From the IMG/VR virus record IMGVR_UViG_3300005662_000024: a stretch of 64,000 nt of DNA; one strand, written 5' to 3'. The notes under the pieces were generated by a model. It did no database searches, was not told the origin of the DNA, and saw only the letters and a program-made list of their open reading frames with translations. Below, piece by piece: positions 16,545 through 28,345 of this stretch. This DNA is from a virus. Each line of letters opens with the position of its first letter. The stretch's first letter is position 1. Both the position numbers and the translations under genes were made by a program.

Positions 16545-18651
16545 TGCCTATTGATCCAATGACAGGACAAGAACTTCCTTATTATGGATCCTATGGTTCT
16601 AGTGGTGGAGGTCAGTTAGCTTCAACTGGAGCAAGGATGGCTGGCGTAGAATCTCCTCTAGCATTTGACGTCTTGGGTTCAGCCCCAGGCCTTACTTCGA
16701 TGGCAATGTTTAATGCTAGAAGAGGCGCCAATACAATAATGAAGGGTGGATTCCTAGACACTCAAAGGACAGCTGGAGCATTTTTTACTAGAAATGACTC
16801 ATTGCAAAGATTTAGAGGAACTGGTTCTGCAAGAACATTTACTCAAGTTGAAGCTGGCGGTAGATTTGGAAGAGGGTCATATGTAGGCCCTCTTGGTTAT
16901 AGAAGAAAAAAGACTGAACAATTAGCAGCAAGGTTGCGGTGGTGATACCACTATAAAAACTGGCGCACCAAGAATGAGGGGTTTCTTAAAAAATCACTTA
17001 GATCCTAGAGGAATGACTAGGCTTCATTCAGTTGGAGCAGTTGCCGGACTAGAAACTGTATATTCTCCAATGAGTGGATTAGCAAGTTTATCAAATGGGT
17101 TATTTGGTTCAAGGGCTGGTCAAAAATTAAAAATTGACTTAGCAGAAGGTCAAACTATGTTCAGTGGAGGCTTTTTAGCTTCTACTAGAGCAGCTTCTCA
17201 AATGGATAGATTAGAACAAAGAATAGCAAGAAAAACAGCTGCAGGAAAACCAACTGATAGATTAACTAGTAGATTAACTAGAGCGCAACAATCAATAACG
17301 GACATTTCAAGTATAACTAGACCAGGGGTTAATCCATTTGGTGTAACAGAGACAACATTAGAAGATTTAAGAAAGGCACAAGTAGGCCGTAGAACAACTC
17401 CACTATTTCAAGCAGGCGGAGGTAGAGTCACAGGACAATATGCGACCTATGGTGGCGGTCCTGGTGTTTCTAATGTTAGGGGTAAAAAAGGCTTTCAAAG
17501 AATGTATAGAAAGCCAGAACAATATTATTTTGAAAGAGGTGGAACTAGAGCAGCTAACATGCCAGGTGATACTAGAGTAAAAATAATAAGAGGCCAAGGT
17601 GGAGGTTATAGCGCTGTTCTACCAAGTGGAGAATCAAGGTTTATAAGTTCAGAAGTAGGAAGTAGTTTATTCAGGCCTAGTGCAGGTTCTACAAAACCTG
17701 GTTATGGATACACAGGAAATACACTAGCTTCATCTGCCAGTGGACAGGCAACGCAAAGATTAATGGGCTATATGAGAGGAGCTCAAGGTTATGCTAGAGC
17801 TGGTGGTCTAACTGGTCAAGCGTATACTGGAGCACAAAATGCTGTAAATGATGCAATAAAAATGATGTCTAATTTAGAGGCAAAAGGAGTTGGTGTTAGA
17901 AGAGCAGATTTTTCCGTTAACACGGCTAGACAAAATTTAATGGCAAATAATGGTTCAGTATTTGCATCAATAGATGACGTAATAGCAACGCAAAAAGGTT
18001 TAGCCACATCTGGACGGAAATGCTGGGAAGACATTAACTACAAAAGCATTTAATGCTAACGCAAGAAATGCTGCTAGAGTAGCTGGACCAAAAGCTCCAA
18101 CAGTAGCAGTTGGATCAGATTTACTTTCAATTAATGCCCAAGGTTATGCCACTAATACAGCTATGGTTCAAGGAACTGGTGGAAAAAGGATACTTACTAG
18201 AGAGCTAACAGAAAATCTATTTGGAAAAGAAGCTGGAAAAGTTGCAGCAAACGAAATGCTTGAAAGAGGTATTTTAAAAACTTATGGAGTTAAAGGAACT
18301 GCAAAATTATTAACTGGAGCTGGTGGAAGAGAAGGATTTAAACTAGCTGCTGCAGCATATGGTGGAGCAGCTTTAAATGTCGCTAATCCAATAATGACAG
18401 CTGCTATGGTTTACGATTTATCAAAAATGGCTGCAACTGGTATAATTGGAGGAGGAGCTAGACTTGCAAGGGATGCAATAAAATCAGCACAAGGTTCAAT
18501 AAATAAACCTGGATTTGGAATGGGTTTTGTTGACAATGAAGTCGCAGCAACTTCTAGAGCAAGAGGAGTTATGGCTATTCAAAATTCAAGGTTGAATGCA
18601 AGAAGTTCTCTTGGTTCTGAAGGGTCAATGATGGCAGCGAGGTTTGGATAA
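16544..18651 (+). CDS. Gly/Arg-rich putative internal virion protein, 701 aa, recoding at CGGT 16937 and CGGA 18015
   Basis: Joins three track ORFs with no stops in the bridging segments. Confidence 0.8.
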
Positions 18652-18652
18652 A

Positions 18653-20521
18653 ATGTCTTTATCTTTAAAAGAAAAAACTACTAACTTTAGAAAAAAACTA
18701 GAAGAACTTTCAAGAGAAGATCTTTTAGAAATTATCAAAGCCCAAGATCCAGAAACTATTAAACAGATAAATCGTATTGAATGGGTTTTTGAAAATAAAC
18801 TTCAACATTTGAATTGGGCAGATGGAACACAAGTTGACTCAAGACCTCTAACAAATAGGGAATTGGCTCTTCTTGTCGATGAACCATTTGAAGTAGATAA
18901 TAATCTATTGAATGCCGGTCTTTCAGCAGAACAGCAAAGACAATTACATGTAGCTAAAGATCCATGTTTATGGGCTAAGCATTTCCTAAAAGCAGAAACA
19001 AGAGTTTATCAAACTCTTATGTTGAGAGATCCAGCTTTAAGAAAAGTATTAAGAGCTGGACGTCGTTTAGGAAAAACATTCACAATGGCAATATATTTGC
19101 TTCACTATAGCTATACACATAAAGATGGACGATGTTTAGTTATTGCTCCAATGAAATCTCACGTAGAATTAATATATCAAGAAATGGTTAGACTAGCTAG
19201 CAAGAACGATGTAGTACTTAATTCTATTACCAGAAAAGTAACATCTCCTCAATTTATGATTCAATTCTCAAATGGATCTACAATAAGATTCTTTACATCC
19301 GGAATGAGATCTGGTGGTAAATCTGACGTAGCTCGTGGTCAAGAAGCTCATGTTATTGTTTTGGACGAAATGGACTACATGCACAATGATGACCTCGATG
19401 CACTTTATGCAATGCTCCAGAAGACAGCAGAGGATCAGCCTGATAAAGTTTTAATTGGGGCTTCTACTCCAACTGGAAGAAGAGAAAAATTTTGGGAATG
19501 GTGTAGAAATCCAAGGTTCAAAGAATTTTGGTTTCCTTCATACGCAAACCCTTTCTTCAGTAAGGATCAAGAAGATGAATTTAGAGAACAATATTCAGAA
19601 ATGGGTTATAGACATGAAATTGAAGCAGACTGGGGAGAAGATTCGGAAGGAGTATATCCTAGAAGATATGTTGACCTAGCCTTTGTGGAGCCTTCTTGGA
19701 ATTACGTACCAGCTGTTACATCAGCAAGAAGTTTTCATGTTATAGGTGTTGACTGGGATAAATATGGAGCAGGTACAAATATAGTTGTATTAGAAATATG
19801 CTCAGGAAACTACGAAGAGCAAGAGTTTAGGAATAAATTCAAGCTATGCTACAGAGAAGAAATAGAAAAATCAGAATATACATTAACAAAAGCTGTTAGT
19901 AGAATTATAGAATTAAACGAAATTCTTCAACCAAAGCATATTTATGTTGACAGAGGATTTGGAGAAGTTCAAGTTGAATTACTTAAAAAACATGGAGTTG
20001 AAAATCCAAGAAGTGGTTTAAAAGAAAAAGTAAAAGGCGTAAGCTTTGCTGAAACATTAGATATTAGAGATCCATACACTAAGTTAATGATTAAAAAAGA
20101 CATTAAACCTTTTATGGTTGATAATCTTAGGCAAACTTTAGAAAAAGAACAACTTATGGTTCCGTCTTCTGATGATGAACTTTATATGCAGTTAATATCT
20201 TATGTTGTAGTTAGAACAACTCAAAATGGAAGACCTGTTTTTGAAGCAGCTGGATCGGCAGCAGATCACGCGCATGACGCCCTGCTTTTAGCCTTATTGG
20301 CAATTACTCAAAACTACGGAGAGTTTAGTAAAGTAAAATATGCTACGAATACGGAGTCAGTATCAAGTACTTTCTTTATGCCAAATGAGCAATTAATAAA
20401 TCAAGAAAAAGATGAAAAAACAAATAAATTTGTAAGTAGAGCAGAAAAAATAAATCCAAATCAAGTCAAACTTGGATTAAGAAAAAAACCATCTTCAAAA
20501 ATTAAAAGAAATATGTTTTAA
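18653..20521 (+). CDS. terL: terminase large subunit
   Basis: GRRLGKT Walker A, IVLDE Walker B, ASTP coupling motif, IGVDWD and DHAHDA nuclease acidic residues. Confidence 0.95.
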   Translation: MSLSLKEKTTNFRKKLEELSREDLLEIIKAQDPETIKQINRIEWVFENKLQHLNWADGTQVDSRPLTNRELALLVDEPFEVDNNLLNAGLSAEQQRQLHVAKDPCLWAKHFLKAETRVYQTLMLRDPALRKVLRAGRRLGKTFTMAIYLLHYSYTHKDGRCLVIAPMKSHVELIYQEMVRLASKNDVVLNSITRKVTSPQFMIQFSNGSTIRFFTSGMRSGGKSDVARGQEAHVIVLDEMDYMHNDDLDALYAMLQKTAEDQPDKVLIGASTPTGRREKFWEWCRNPRFKEFWFPSYANPFFSKDQEDEFREQYSEMGYRHEIEADWGEDSEGVYPRRYVDLAFVEPSWNYVPAVTSARSFHVIGVDWDKYGAGTNIVVLEICSGNYEEQEFRNKFKLCYREEIEKSEYTLTKAVSRIIELNEILQPKHIYVDRGFGEVQVELLKKHGVENPRSGLKEKVKGVSFAETLDIRDPYTKLMIKKDIKPFMVDNLRQTLEKEQLMVPSSDDELYMQLISYVVVRTTQNGRPVFEAAGSAADHAHDALLLALLAITQNYGEFSKVKYATNTESVSSTFFMPNEQLINQEKDEKTNKFVSRAEKINPNQVKLGLRKKPSSKIKRNMF

Positions 20522-20529
20522 GGTTTAAT

Positions 20530-22152
20530 ATGTCTATAAATACACCAAATACAAATTTAGGAACAAATTCAGAATCTTTGTATAGTTTAAATAATAATTT
20601 TGATTTAACTACAAATACATTTAAAGATACAGAAAATGATTTAAACTCAAGATATTCAGAATATTATTCTGAAAACTATTTTAAAGCAACTGTTTCAAAC
20701 TCTATAGAGATAAGCTCTATTATTAATGAAATAGTTCAAACTAGAATAAATATTATGAAGATAATGAAAGAGATTGATATATTTTTATCAAAAGTTTATG
20801 TTAATCCAGACACATCTCCAGATCTAGACACAGCACACGCACAAGTGTGGAATGAAGTTGTTAATAAAAATAATACAAAAGTAAGTGAAGAAATATCGAT
20901 ATCTAATATACCACCAGCTGGTTATATTTCCTATCAAGAGTTTTGTTACGCAAAAGAGCATAAATGCAGAGGATGCAGAGCTCTAACGATGGAATATGAA
21001 GCTTATGTAGGTAAGACAGAATTAAGTTATTATTATGATATAAAAACATTTTTATCTTATTTTATTCATGAGCTTCAGTGTATGAATCAATTTATTATAA
21101 ATACAATAGGGGATACATATAAAGATGAAGCAGAAAAAACAATTGCAAAAGAATTCTACTTTTGGACAAAATCGCTTAAAGAATATACGAAACTCTTTGC
21201 CCAAGAAATCACATCGTTACCACCAAAACTCTCAAAGTCCGAAATGGATTATGTCTCAAAAGTCCAAGCCACGCAATTCGAAGCGTTTTTTTCTCTCAAA
21301 ATAAATTCATATGAATCTGAAATAAAAAAAATATTAGGATTAGTTAAAAAAGAAATGGTTGATACATGTGAGCTATATTATAATAATTTCTTAGCTCCTG
21401 CTTTAAAATCTAGATCTATGATTTCTTCTCCTTTAGAAATAGACTTATTATCATCAGATATGAAAAATAAAGCACCAGCTTTAGCAAAAGAAGTAGTTAT
21501 AGCTTCTTCTACAATTAACGGAAACTTAGCATCTTTAATGTCTGATCTTAGGCAAAAAAAGGTTAATATAGAAAAAAGAATAATTGGCTTCTTAGAAACA
21601 GTAAGACTTAAAAGAAAATATATTTCTTTTTCTAGACAGTTTCAATTAGTTTCTGGATATATTTCTCCATCAATATACACTGATGTAAATGAAGATAATT
21701 ACAGCACTATATTTGAAGAAGTAGTTTCTTTCCATGAAAAAAATGAAACATTAAACTCTAGTCATAAATATTTTAACGACCTTCTTGAAGATGATCATCC
21801 GCAATACTTATTGAGATCTGGTGGAGTTGTAACTGGAGATATTCAATTAAAAGATGGCGTTAAGATAGCAGGAATAGATTTTGCAAATCATAGCCATAGT
21901 TCTGGTGATGGAAGCATTCAAATAAAAATAAGCGATATAGACTATCAGACAGATAGAGATAGTTCTACAGCAATAATTCCTTTTTCAAAATCAGAAGAAC
22001 CTATTTCTATAGAGATAGATTCTTATCTCCAAGATATATTAGTTGGAGGAGTTCCTGTAATAGATGTACTCCTGAGCGCTTCGATAAATGCCGATACTGA
22101 AGAAAACGGAAGATATGATATTATTGTATCTTATGTTGAATTAGAAGGATAA
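20530..22152 (+). CDS. putative virion structural protein
   Basis: 540-aa ORF with DDHPQYL and HSH fibre-type motifs; structural context. Confidence 0.6.
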   Translation: MSINTPNTNLGTNSESLYSLNNNFDLTTNTFKDTENDLNSRYSEYYSENYFKATVSNSIEISSIINEIVQTRINIMKIMKEIDIFLSKVYVNPDTSPDLDTAHAQVWNEVVNKNNTKVSEEISISNIPPAGYISYQEFCYAKEHKCRGCRALTMEYEAYVGKTELSYYYDIKTFLSYFIHELQCMNQFIINTIGDTYKDEAEKTIAKEFYFWTKSLKEYTKLFAQEITSLPPKLSKSEMDYVSKVQATQFEAFFSLKINSYESEIKKILGLVKKEMVDTCELYYNNFLAPALKSRSMISSPLEIDLLSSDMKNKAPALAKEVVIASSTINGNLASLMSDLRQKKVNIEKRIIGFLETVRLKRKYISFSRQFQLVSGYISPSIYTDVNEDNYSTIFEEVVSFHEKNETLNSSHKYFNDLLEDDHPQYLLRSGGVVTGDIQLKDGVKIAGIDFANHSHSSGDGSIQIKISDIDYQTDRDSSTAIIPFSKSEEPISIEIDSYLQDILVGGVPVIDVLLSASINADTEENGRYDIIVSYVELEG

Positions 22153-22156
22153 TTAA

Positions 22157-23158
22157 ATGAGTTGGTTTAAGTACTTTAAAAGAGATTTTGATTTATCTTC
22201 AACTACTCCTGTTTACGTATATCCTCCATTGAGGCGACCTATAGATATTTATAATCCATTTGATGACATAGAAGAAAATCAAATTATAGGAATTAAACTA
22301 GACTATAAAGATTTTTATAATAAAATTTCTACTTCCGCAGAAAAAGAAGAAGATAAAAAGCAATATATAGTTATCCACGAAGATGTTAATTCAGGGATAT
22401 ATACAGCAGTTAGGTCAACCGTTTTAAATGGATATTTATACTTTTTAAGTGCAAAGAATCACGAAGCTGGAGTAGATATTGTTGGTGAATATAATCTCTA
22501 CTATGGAAATGATCATCTAAAGTATCTAGAAGAAGTTCAATATGATTCAAAGAAAGCATATAGGCAGGTATCAGAAAGTGCATTAAATAATCTTTTGGAA
22601 AATCCATCTCTATACGATACTTCTTTATATAATTTAAATATTTCAAATTTAGATAATTATCTGACAGAAGTTAATGCAAATGAGCCCGACATTGATAAAC
22701 AACAGTTTTCATATTTTAATCAAAGCGTAGATTGGCTAGGTTATAAAACAACAAAGATAAACGCAAAAGTATCAGGTTCATTTAATGGTCCATTTTTGAA
22801 AATTAAAGCTTATAAAAAACCAAATGGTGGAAAAGTTAGATTAAAAATAATTAAGTCAAAACAAGATTACTATATTTTAGGCTTCGATCCATCAGTAGGC
22901 CCAATAGAGCAAACGGAAGAAGTATATTTAGACTGGACAGAAATAGATTTATATTCTTCATCTATTGAAGAGTCAATTATATACAATGATTCAAATTTAG
23001 AAAATAAAAAATATTATTTTTTAATTGAAACTCTAGAACAAGATAATAAATCCTCAAATGGAAATGAAGTAGAAATGATAAATTTCCAATACTTAAAAGC
23101 ATATGATTTAATATTGGGAGCAAAAGAATATGATCCAGCTATATCATTTAAAGGTTAA
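22157..23158 (+). CDS. putative virion structural protein
   Basis: 333-aa beta-rich ORF in the structural operon. Confidence 0.6.
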   Translation: MSWFKYFKRDFDLSSTTPVYVYPPLRRPIDIYNPFDDIEENQIIGIKLDYKDFYNKISTSAEKEEDKKQYIVIHEDVNSGIYTAVRSTVLNGYLYFLSAKNHEAGVDIVGEYNLYYGNDHLKYLEEVQYDSKKAYRQVSESALNNLLENPSLYDTSLYNLNISNLDNYLTEVNANEPDIDKQQFSYFNQSVDWLGYKTTKINAKVSGSFNGPFLKIKAYKKPNGGKVRLKIIKSKQDYYILGFDPSVGPIEQTEEVYLDWTEIDLYSSSIEESIIYNDSNLENKKYYFLIETLEQDNKSSNGNEVEMINFQYLKAYDLILGAKEYDPAISFKG

Positions 23159-23163
23159 TAAAT

Positions 23164-25075
23164 ATGACTATAATTAAAAAAACTATCCAAGATTTAAAAC
23201 CAGGAAAAAGATACTTAATAAAAGTAGAAGCTTACGATAATAACTTAAGCACAGTTGCTGCTGAAAATAGTATAATACTAGAAACTCCAACAGATAGCAG
23301 TATTCCAGGTGGAATTGATATAACCAACTTTGGTTTATATAACAATTCAAAATCTTTAATGTTTAAATTTGACGCCCCAAATGATGAAGACTTAAAAGGA
23401 TATGAATATCAAGTATATTCACAAAATAATTTAAATTCACAATATTTAATACAATCACGGAGAAAGCTCAAGTAGTGTTTTTAGCGTTGTTTTAAATGAC
23501 ATAGCTCAAGCAATAACATCTACATCACCAGTTTATGGAAGAATAAGATCATTTGATACATCTGGAAATTATGGAGCTTGGACTAGTTTAATAGCATCTC
23601 AAGCAACGTTAGTTGCATCAGCTGAAATTCTTGAATTAACTGCAGATAAAATAAAAGCAGGAACAATCGGTGCTCAAACAATAAAACTAGATGGAGTTAA
23701 CTCTGTAATTCAATCAAATAATTTTGTTACTGGTTCTACCGGTTGGATAATAAGAGGAAATGGAACCGCAGAGTTTGCAAACACTTCTATTAGAGGTACC
23801 GTAACTGCTGGTCAGGTAACCACAACAGGATTAACAATATACTCAAACGGCGCAATAACAACTACTTCTGGAAAATTTGGAGTTACAGATGGAGGAGTTT
23901 TATCGGCAACTGGAGCAACAATCAGTGGTGCTATAACAGCTACGTCTGGAACATTTACTGGAACTGTTAACGCTTCTGGGGGAACAATGAGCGGTTATTT
24001 AAGAGCCGGAGATGTCTATATTGGAAAAAATGTTTACGACGCCTCAGAACACAATGGGATAGGAATAGATGGTTCATGGAATAATGCTTGGGTGAGAAGA
24101 GACACTAACGATACTACATATTTTAGGGTTGGATCAGCTAGTACATATATACAGTTGGATACAGGTGGAACTTCTTCTATAGTATTTCCAAATTTTTCAG
24201 TAGACACTAATGGTAACGCTTCATTTGGTGGTAGTTTAAGTAGTGTAACTGGAAAAATTTCAGTTGGAGGAATTGAAGTTGGTGGCAATATTGTTGCAGC
24301 TGGCCATCATGGTTTATCTCTTAGTACTTCTGATTTTAATAATATCTTTTTAAGACGAGACGATGGAGTATTATTTTTTAGGGTTGGAGCAGGAACAAAT
24401 AATTCAATACAATGGGATAGTTCAGGTGGTGTGCTAACTATGTCAGGCGACCTTGTTATTGGAGATAATACAGATGCTGGATACCTAAGAGTGCTACAGT
24501 ATACGGATATTCTAGTAAATAGAATAAAATTTTACAACAGAAATTATGCCGGTTGGTCTAATAGTTTTTATCCATACTTTGACGCTTCCTTTGACCTTGG
24601 TGTGCGTAATGCGGACTATCGCTGGGATAACTTATATTATACTGGATCTCTTTTGGATTCATCTGATATAAGAATTAAAAATAATATAAAAGATTCTAAT
24701 CTTGGCTTAGATTTTATAAATAAACTTAGACCTGTTTCTTATTATAAAAATATAAGCAAAAAATATCCAATAGAAATTCCTCAAGAAGAAGGAGATACTG
24801 GCGAACCTGAAATTTTAAGAAAAGAAGACGGAGAACCAATATATAATTCAACACCAGGAAAAAGAATTCACTATGGACTAATAGCTCAAGAAGTATACAT
24901 TGCACTTGAAGATAGTGGTATTAATCCAGGAGATTTTAGCGGTTGGGCACTTGCCAACCCAGATGATCCAGATTCTGAACAATCATTAGTTTATATAAAA
25001 TTTATAGCACCTATTATAAAATCAATTCAAGAATTGTCACAAAAAGTTGCAACCTTAGAATCTAAAGTGTTATAA
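23164..25075 (+). CDS. tail fibre/receptor-binding protein, 636 aa, FN3-like N-terminus and peptidase S74 chaperone C-terminus; CGGA recoding at 23458
   Basis: TCA-C-GGA-GAA opens 176 extra codons including lambda-J-like IQSNNFVTGSTGWIIRGNGTAEF; SSDIRIKNNI...GLIAQEV S74 motifs. Confidence 0.85.
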
Positions 25076-25084
25076 TTCATTGTT

Positions 25085-25261
25085 ATGGATAATAATTCAA
25101 ATTTAGATGTTAATTTAATATTACAAGCCTTTCAAGATAGGTTAGCTCAACTTAATTCTGAATTAATCATAAAAGAAGCTACAATAAAACATCTAACTAA
25201 TCATATAAATACTTTAACAAATGAAACAAACCCAAAACAAAAAGAGAAAGATGATTTCTAA
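25085..25261 (+). CDS. small coiled-coil protein (58 aa)
   Basis: Open from ATG 25085; stop overlaps next ATG; TGTTATAAT just upstream. Confidence 0.65.
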   Translation: MDNNSNLDVNLILQAFQDRLAQLNSELIIKEATIKHLTNHINTLTNETNPKQKEKDDF

Positions 25262-25449
25262 TGTCCGATGTCAATGAAACACCTGAGCAAAATAAAGAAG
25301 CAACAATTACTATTAAAGTATCTGAACAAAACCTTCAGTATAAAAGCGATTTTTCTGAGCCAGAAACAATTTTTTGGCTTGAGTCTGTAAAGAACTTAAT
25401 AATGAAAAAAGCCTTTGAAATGGCAGGATTAACAGAATCCACTAAGTAA
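25261..25449 (+). CDS. hypothetical protein
   Basis: 62-aa coupled ORF. Confidence 0.65.
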   Translation: MSDVNETPEQNKEATITIKVSEQNLQYKSDFSEPETIFWLESVKNLIMKKAFEMAGLTESTK

Positions 25450-25500
25450 TTTGCCATTTATAGCTACTATATAAATAACATAATCACAAAAGGTGCGTAG

Positions 25501-27123
25501 ATGGCTATTAGATCATATCTTCCTTTTGCCAGAAACCAAGTTTCTGCTTTAGAGGAAAAAACATTAAAACAAGACGACATTAAAGCCCTTGGCAGGAGCA
25601 TTAAGATAGCTGCTCTTGCTCTAGGGTTTCGTGGTTCTTCGTATTATTATGACACTAGGGCAGCATTTGAGCCATCTCCTTATGACTTTAATAGAATTAC
25701 TCAAGCATTTGACACAGATGGATATGTTCGTCAAGCTATAGCTAAACATAAAGAATTATTTTGGAAAGAGGGATGGGAAATAGTAGGAGAAAATCCTGAA
25801 GCTATTTCATATCTTTACAGAAGAATAGACTTCATGGAAATGACCATGAAGAAACCTTTTTCTGAATTTTTGATAGAATTATCAGATCAATTAATAAAAT
25901 ACTCTAACGTATTTATTGTTAAAGCTAGAGCAGATATTGGGTCTTATTTTCCAGATAAGTTAAATCCAATATCTAGCACTGAGCCTATAGCTGGTTATTA
26001 TCTTATTCCAACAGAACAAACTTATATCTTAAGAGATAAACAAAATAGACCAAAGGCCTATCAGCAGGCAACTGATCCACTAACATACTCTCCAAACGAT
26101 AAAGACCCAGTATGGTCAGCAGAGAGAGTAATCCATATGTACTTTGATAAAAAACCAGGTAGAGCTTTTGGTACTCCATTTTTATCAACAGTGCTAGACG
26201 ACGTTATAGCTCTTAGGCAGATGGAAGAGGATATACAAAATTTAGTACATAGAGAATTATTTCCTCTTTATAAATATACAATAGGTACAGCAGAACAACC
26301 AGCTGAACCGGAAGAAATAACACGCGCAGCAGCAGAGATAGAAAATCTTAGAGCAGAAGGTGGATTAATACTACCCTATAGACACAGTGTAGACGTTATA
26401 GGAGCTAATAACACAGCTCTTGATGCTTCCGAGTACTTAAATCACTTTAAGGAAAGAGTTTCAGTTGGATTGGGTGTAGCCCCACATCATTTAGGTATGA
26501 GTATGAATGGTGGAAATAGATCAGTTACAGATAGATTAGATGTTGCGCTTTACGATAGAGTTAAGCAGCTTCAAAAGCAATTCTCTGAAATGGTAAGAAT
26601 ATTTATATTTAATGAACTATTATTTGAGGGTGGTTATGATCCACTAGAAAATCCAATGGATGCAACTGTGTCTGACAGATGCTTTATGAGATTTAAGGAA
26701 ATAGATGTTGATACTCAAGTTAAAAAAGAAAATCATATTATTCAAAAGTTTGTAAACAATCTTATAACAATAGACGAAGCTAGATTGATGTTAAGCTTAG
26801 ATACAAATGTGGAAGAAGATAGACTATTTGGTCATATGCAAGCACAGCTTCAAATGGATATGGCTAAAAATCAAGCAGAATTAACATCAAAAACTTCTTC
26901 TCCAAAAAGTTCAGACGGTCAACAGCCAGCTACTAAAGGTCAAAGAAATCTTCCATCTTCTAGAAAAGGAGTAGGAAATTCAAGTAGGCCGCAGAATCAA
27001 AATGGTAGATCTAGTTCACCAAATATTAGAAGATCAGATGACATGTCATGGCTTGTAACGGTTGAAAAGTTACTTGAACCAGAGTATAATTATGTAGAAG
27101 AAAATGATAAAATTGGAGAATAA
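25501..27123 (+). CDS. portal protein
   Basis: 540 aa; VIHMYFD...AFGTPFL and VGLGVAPHHLG portal-type segments; lies between terminase and protease. Confidence 0.85.
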   Translation: MAIRSYLPFARNQVSALEEKTLKQDDIKALGRSIKIAALALGFRGSSYYYDTRAAFEPSPYDFNRITQAFDTDGYVRQAIAKHKELFWKEGWEIVGENPEAISYLYRRIDFMEMTMKKPFSEFLIELSDQLIKYSNVFIVKARADIGSYFPDKLNPISSTEPIAGYYLIPTEQTYILRDKQNRPKAYQQATDPLTYSPNDKDPVWSAERVIHMYFDKKPGRAFGTPFLSTVLDDVIALRQMEEDIQNLVHRELFPLYKYTIGTAEQPAEPEEITRAAAEIENLRAEGGLILPYRHSVDVIGANNTALDASEYLNHFKERVSVGLGVAPHHLGMSMNGGNRSVTDRLDVALYDRVKQLQKQFSEMVRIFIFNELLFEGGYDPLENPMDATVSDRCFMRFKEIDVDTQVKKENHIIQKFVNNLITIDEARLMLSLDTNVEEDRLFGHMQAQLQMDMAKNQAELTSKTSSPKSSDGQQPATKGQRNLPSSRKGVGNSSRPQNQNGRSSSPNIRRSDDMSWLVTVEKLLEPEYNYVEENDKIGE

Positions 27124-27127
27124 ATAA

Positions 27128-27478
27128 ATGATACTTAAAGAAGAGACACTAGATTTATTAGAAGAAGCTGTTGCAAATGGACAGTTTCGTTTAGCTGATA
27201 CTAGATTTTTAGATGTTTTAGCAGAACTTCTGCCTGTAATTGAAGAAATGAAATATAAACTAGATGCGATTGAACAATTCTTAACTTCAGATGATGAAGA
27301 AGAAACTTCTTCAGTAGAAGAGCAAATCAAGCAGGAAGAATTATCAACTAATAAAGTTGAAGTTGAAAATGATCAACAGGAAACCTCTATCCAAAAAGAA
27401 ATAGTAGAAGAAAAACCAAAAGCTAAACAAAAGAAAACTTCAGTAGAAGAAAGCCAAACAAAAACAGAAGAGGCCTAA
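27128..27478 (+). CDS. acidic hypothetical protein
   Basis: 116-aa ORF with GGAG SD. Confidence 0.7.
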   Translation: MILKEETLDLLEEAVANGQFRLADTRFLDVLAELLPVIEEMKYKLDAIEQFLTSDDEEETSSVEEQIKQEELSTNKVEVENDQQETSIQKEIVEEKPKAKQKKTSVEESQTKTEEA

Positions 27479-28251
27479 TGCTTCTAATAGGTTGCCCTGT
27501 ATATAAAAGAGATTGGATACTTCCATATTGGTTTGCCTGCATAGAAAAGCAAACTTATGGAATAGATAATATTGGTTTTATCTTTGAACTTGGTAAAGAT
27601 GATAAAGAAACATTTGATTTTTTAATTAAATGGAAAAAAGCTCATCCAAAGATAGATATATTTGATTTAGAAATTAGAGACGATTTGACTCATCATTCTC
27701 ATGATGAAGGTTCAAGAAGATGGACATTTTCTAAATATGAAAATATGGTTTCTATGAGAAACTCTCTTTTAGATAAAGCTAAAAAAATACAACCAGATTT
27801 TTATTATAGCTTAGATTCAGATATATTATTAACAAATCCAAATACGTTAGATTTACTAATGAGTCATATATTGTCCGGTAAAGCAGACGCAGTAAATACT
27901 CTTATGTATATGACTCCATTTGGAGTTCAGTATCCAAGTGTAATGTCATGGCATGAATCTGGTGGAGAAAAAGCATATAGAGAAGCAGAATATCCTATAG
28001 GCGACTTTTTTAAAGCAGATATAATAATGGCAGCAAAATTAATGTCTAAAGAAGTTTATAATAATTCTAGATACAAGTTTCACCCACAAGGCGAAGACTT
28101 AGGTTGGAGCGCAGACTGCAAGGATAAAGGATTTAGCCTATACTGCGCTTCATACATATATACTCCCCATATAATGGGTAGAGAAGAATTAAAAAAGTTT
28201 TTATCACAAGGCGATGAAAGAAATAGCCTTGTTTTTAAAGGAAAAAATTAA
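27478..28251 (+). CDS. GT-A fold (family 2-like) glycosyltransferase
   Basis: LIGCPVY N-terminus, RNSLL, SLDSD DxD motif, GEDLGW. Confidence 0.8.
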   Translation: MLLIGCPVYKRDWILPYWFACIEKQTYGIDNIGFIFELGKDDKETFDFLIKWKKAHPKIDIFDLEIRDDLTHHSHDEGSRRWTFSKYENMVSMRNSLLDKAKKIQPDFYYSLDSDILLTNPNTLDLLMSHILSGKADAVNTLMYMTPFGVQYPSVMSWHESGGEKAYREAEYPIGDFFKADIIMAAKLMSKEVYNNSRYKFHPQGEDLGWSADCKDKGFSLYCASYIYTPHIMGREELKKFLSQGDERNSLVFKGKN

Positions 28252-28345
28252 TCTTTTATATAAATTTTAACTACAGCTTGCATAAATGTGTTTAATCATA
28301 TAAAATATATTACTATAACTATGGTTTTAAAAATCGGAGATAGAC

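Noticed and set aside
16300-18060. Classical slippery-site frameshift such as the tail assembly chaperone -1 shift
   Set aside because: The direction is +1, there is no X XXY YYZ heptamer or shared P-site codon, and no common downstream structure is apparent.
7201-20521. Inteins or introns in recA and terminase
   Set aside because: Both have normal length and contiguous motifs, with no splice or homing endonuclease signatures.
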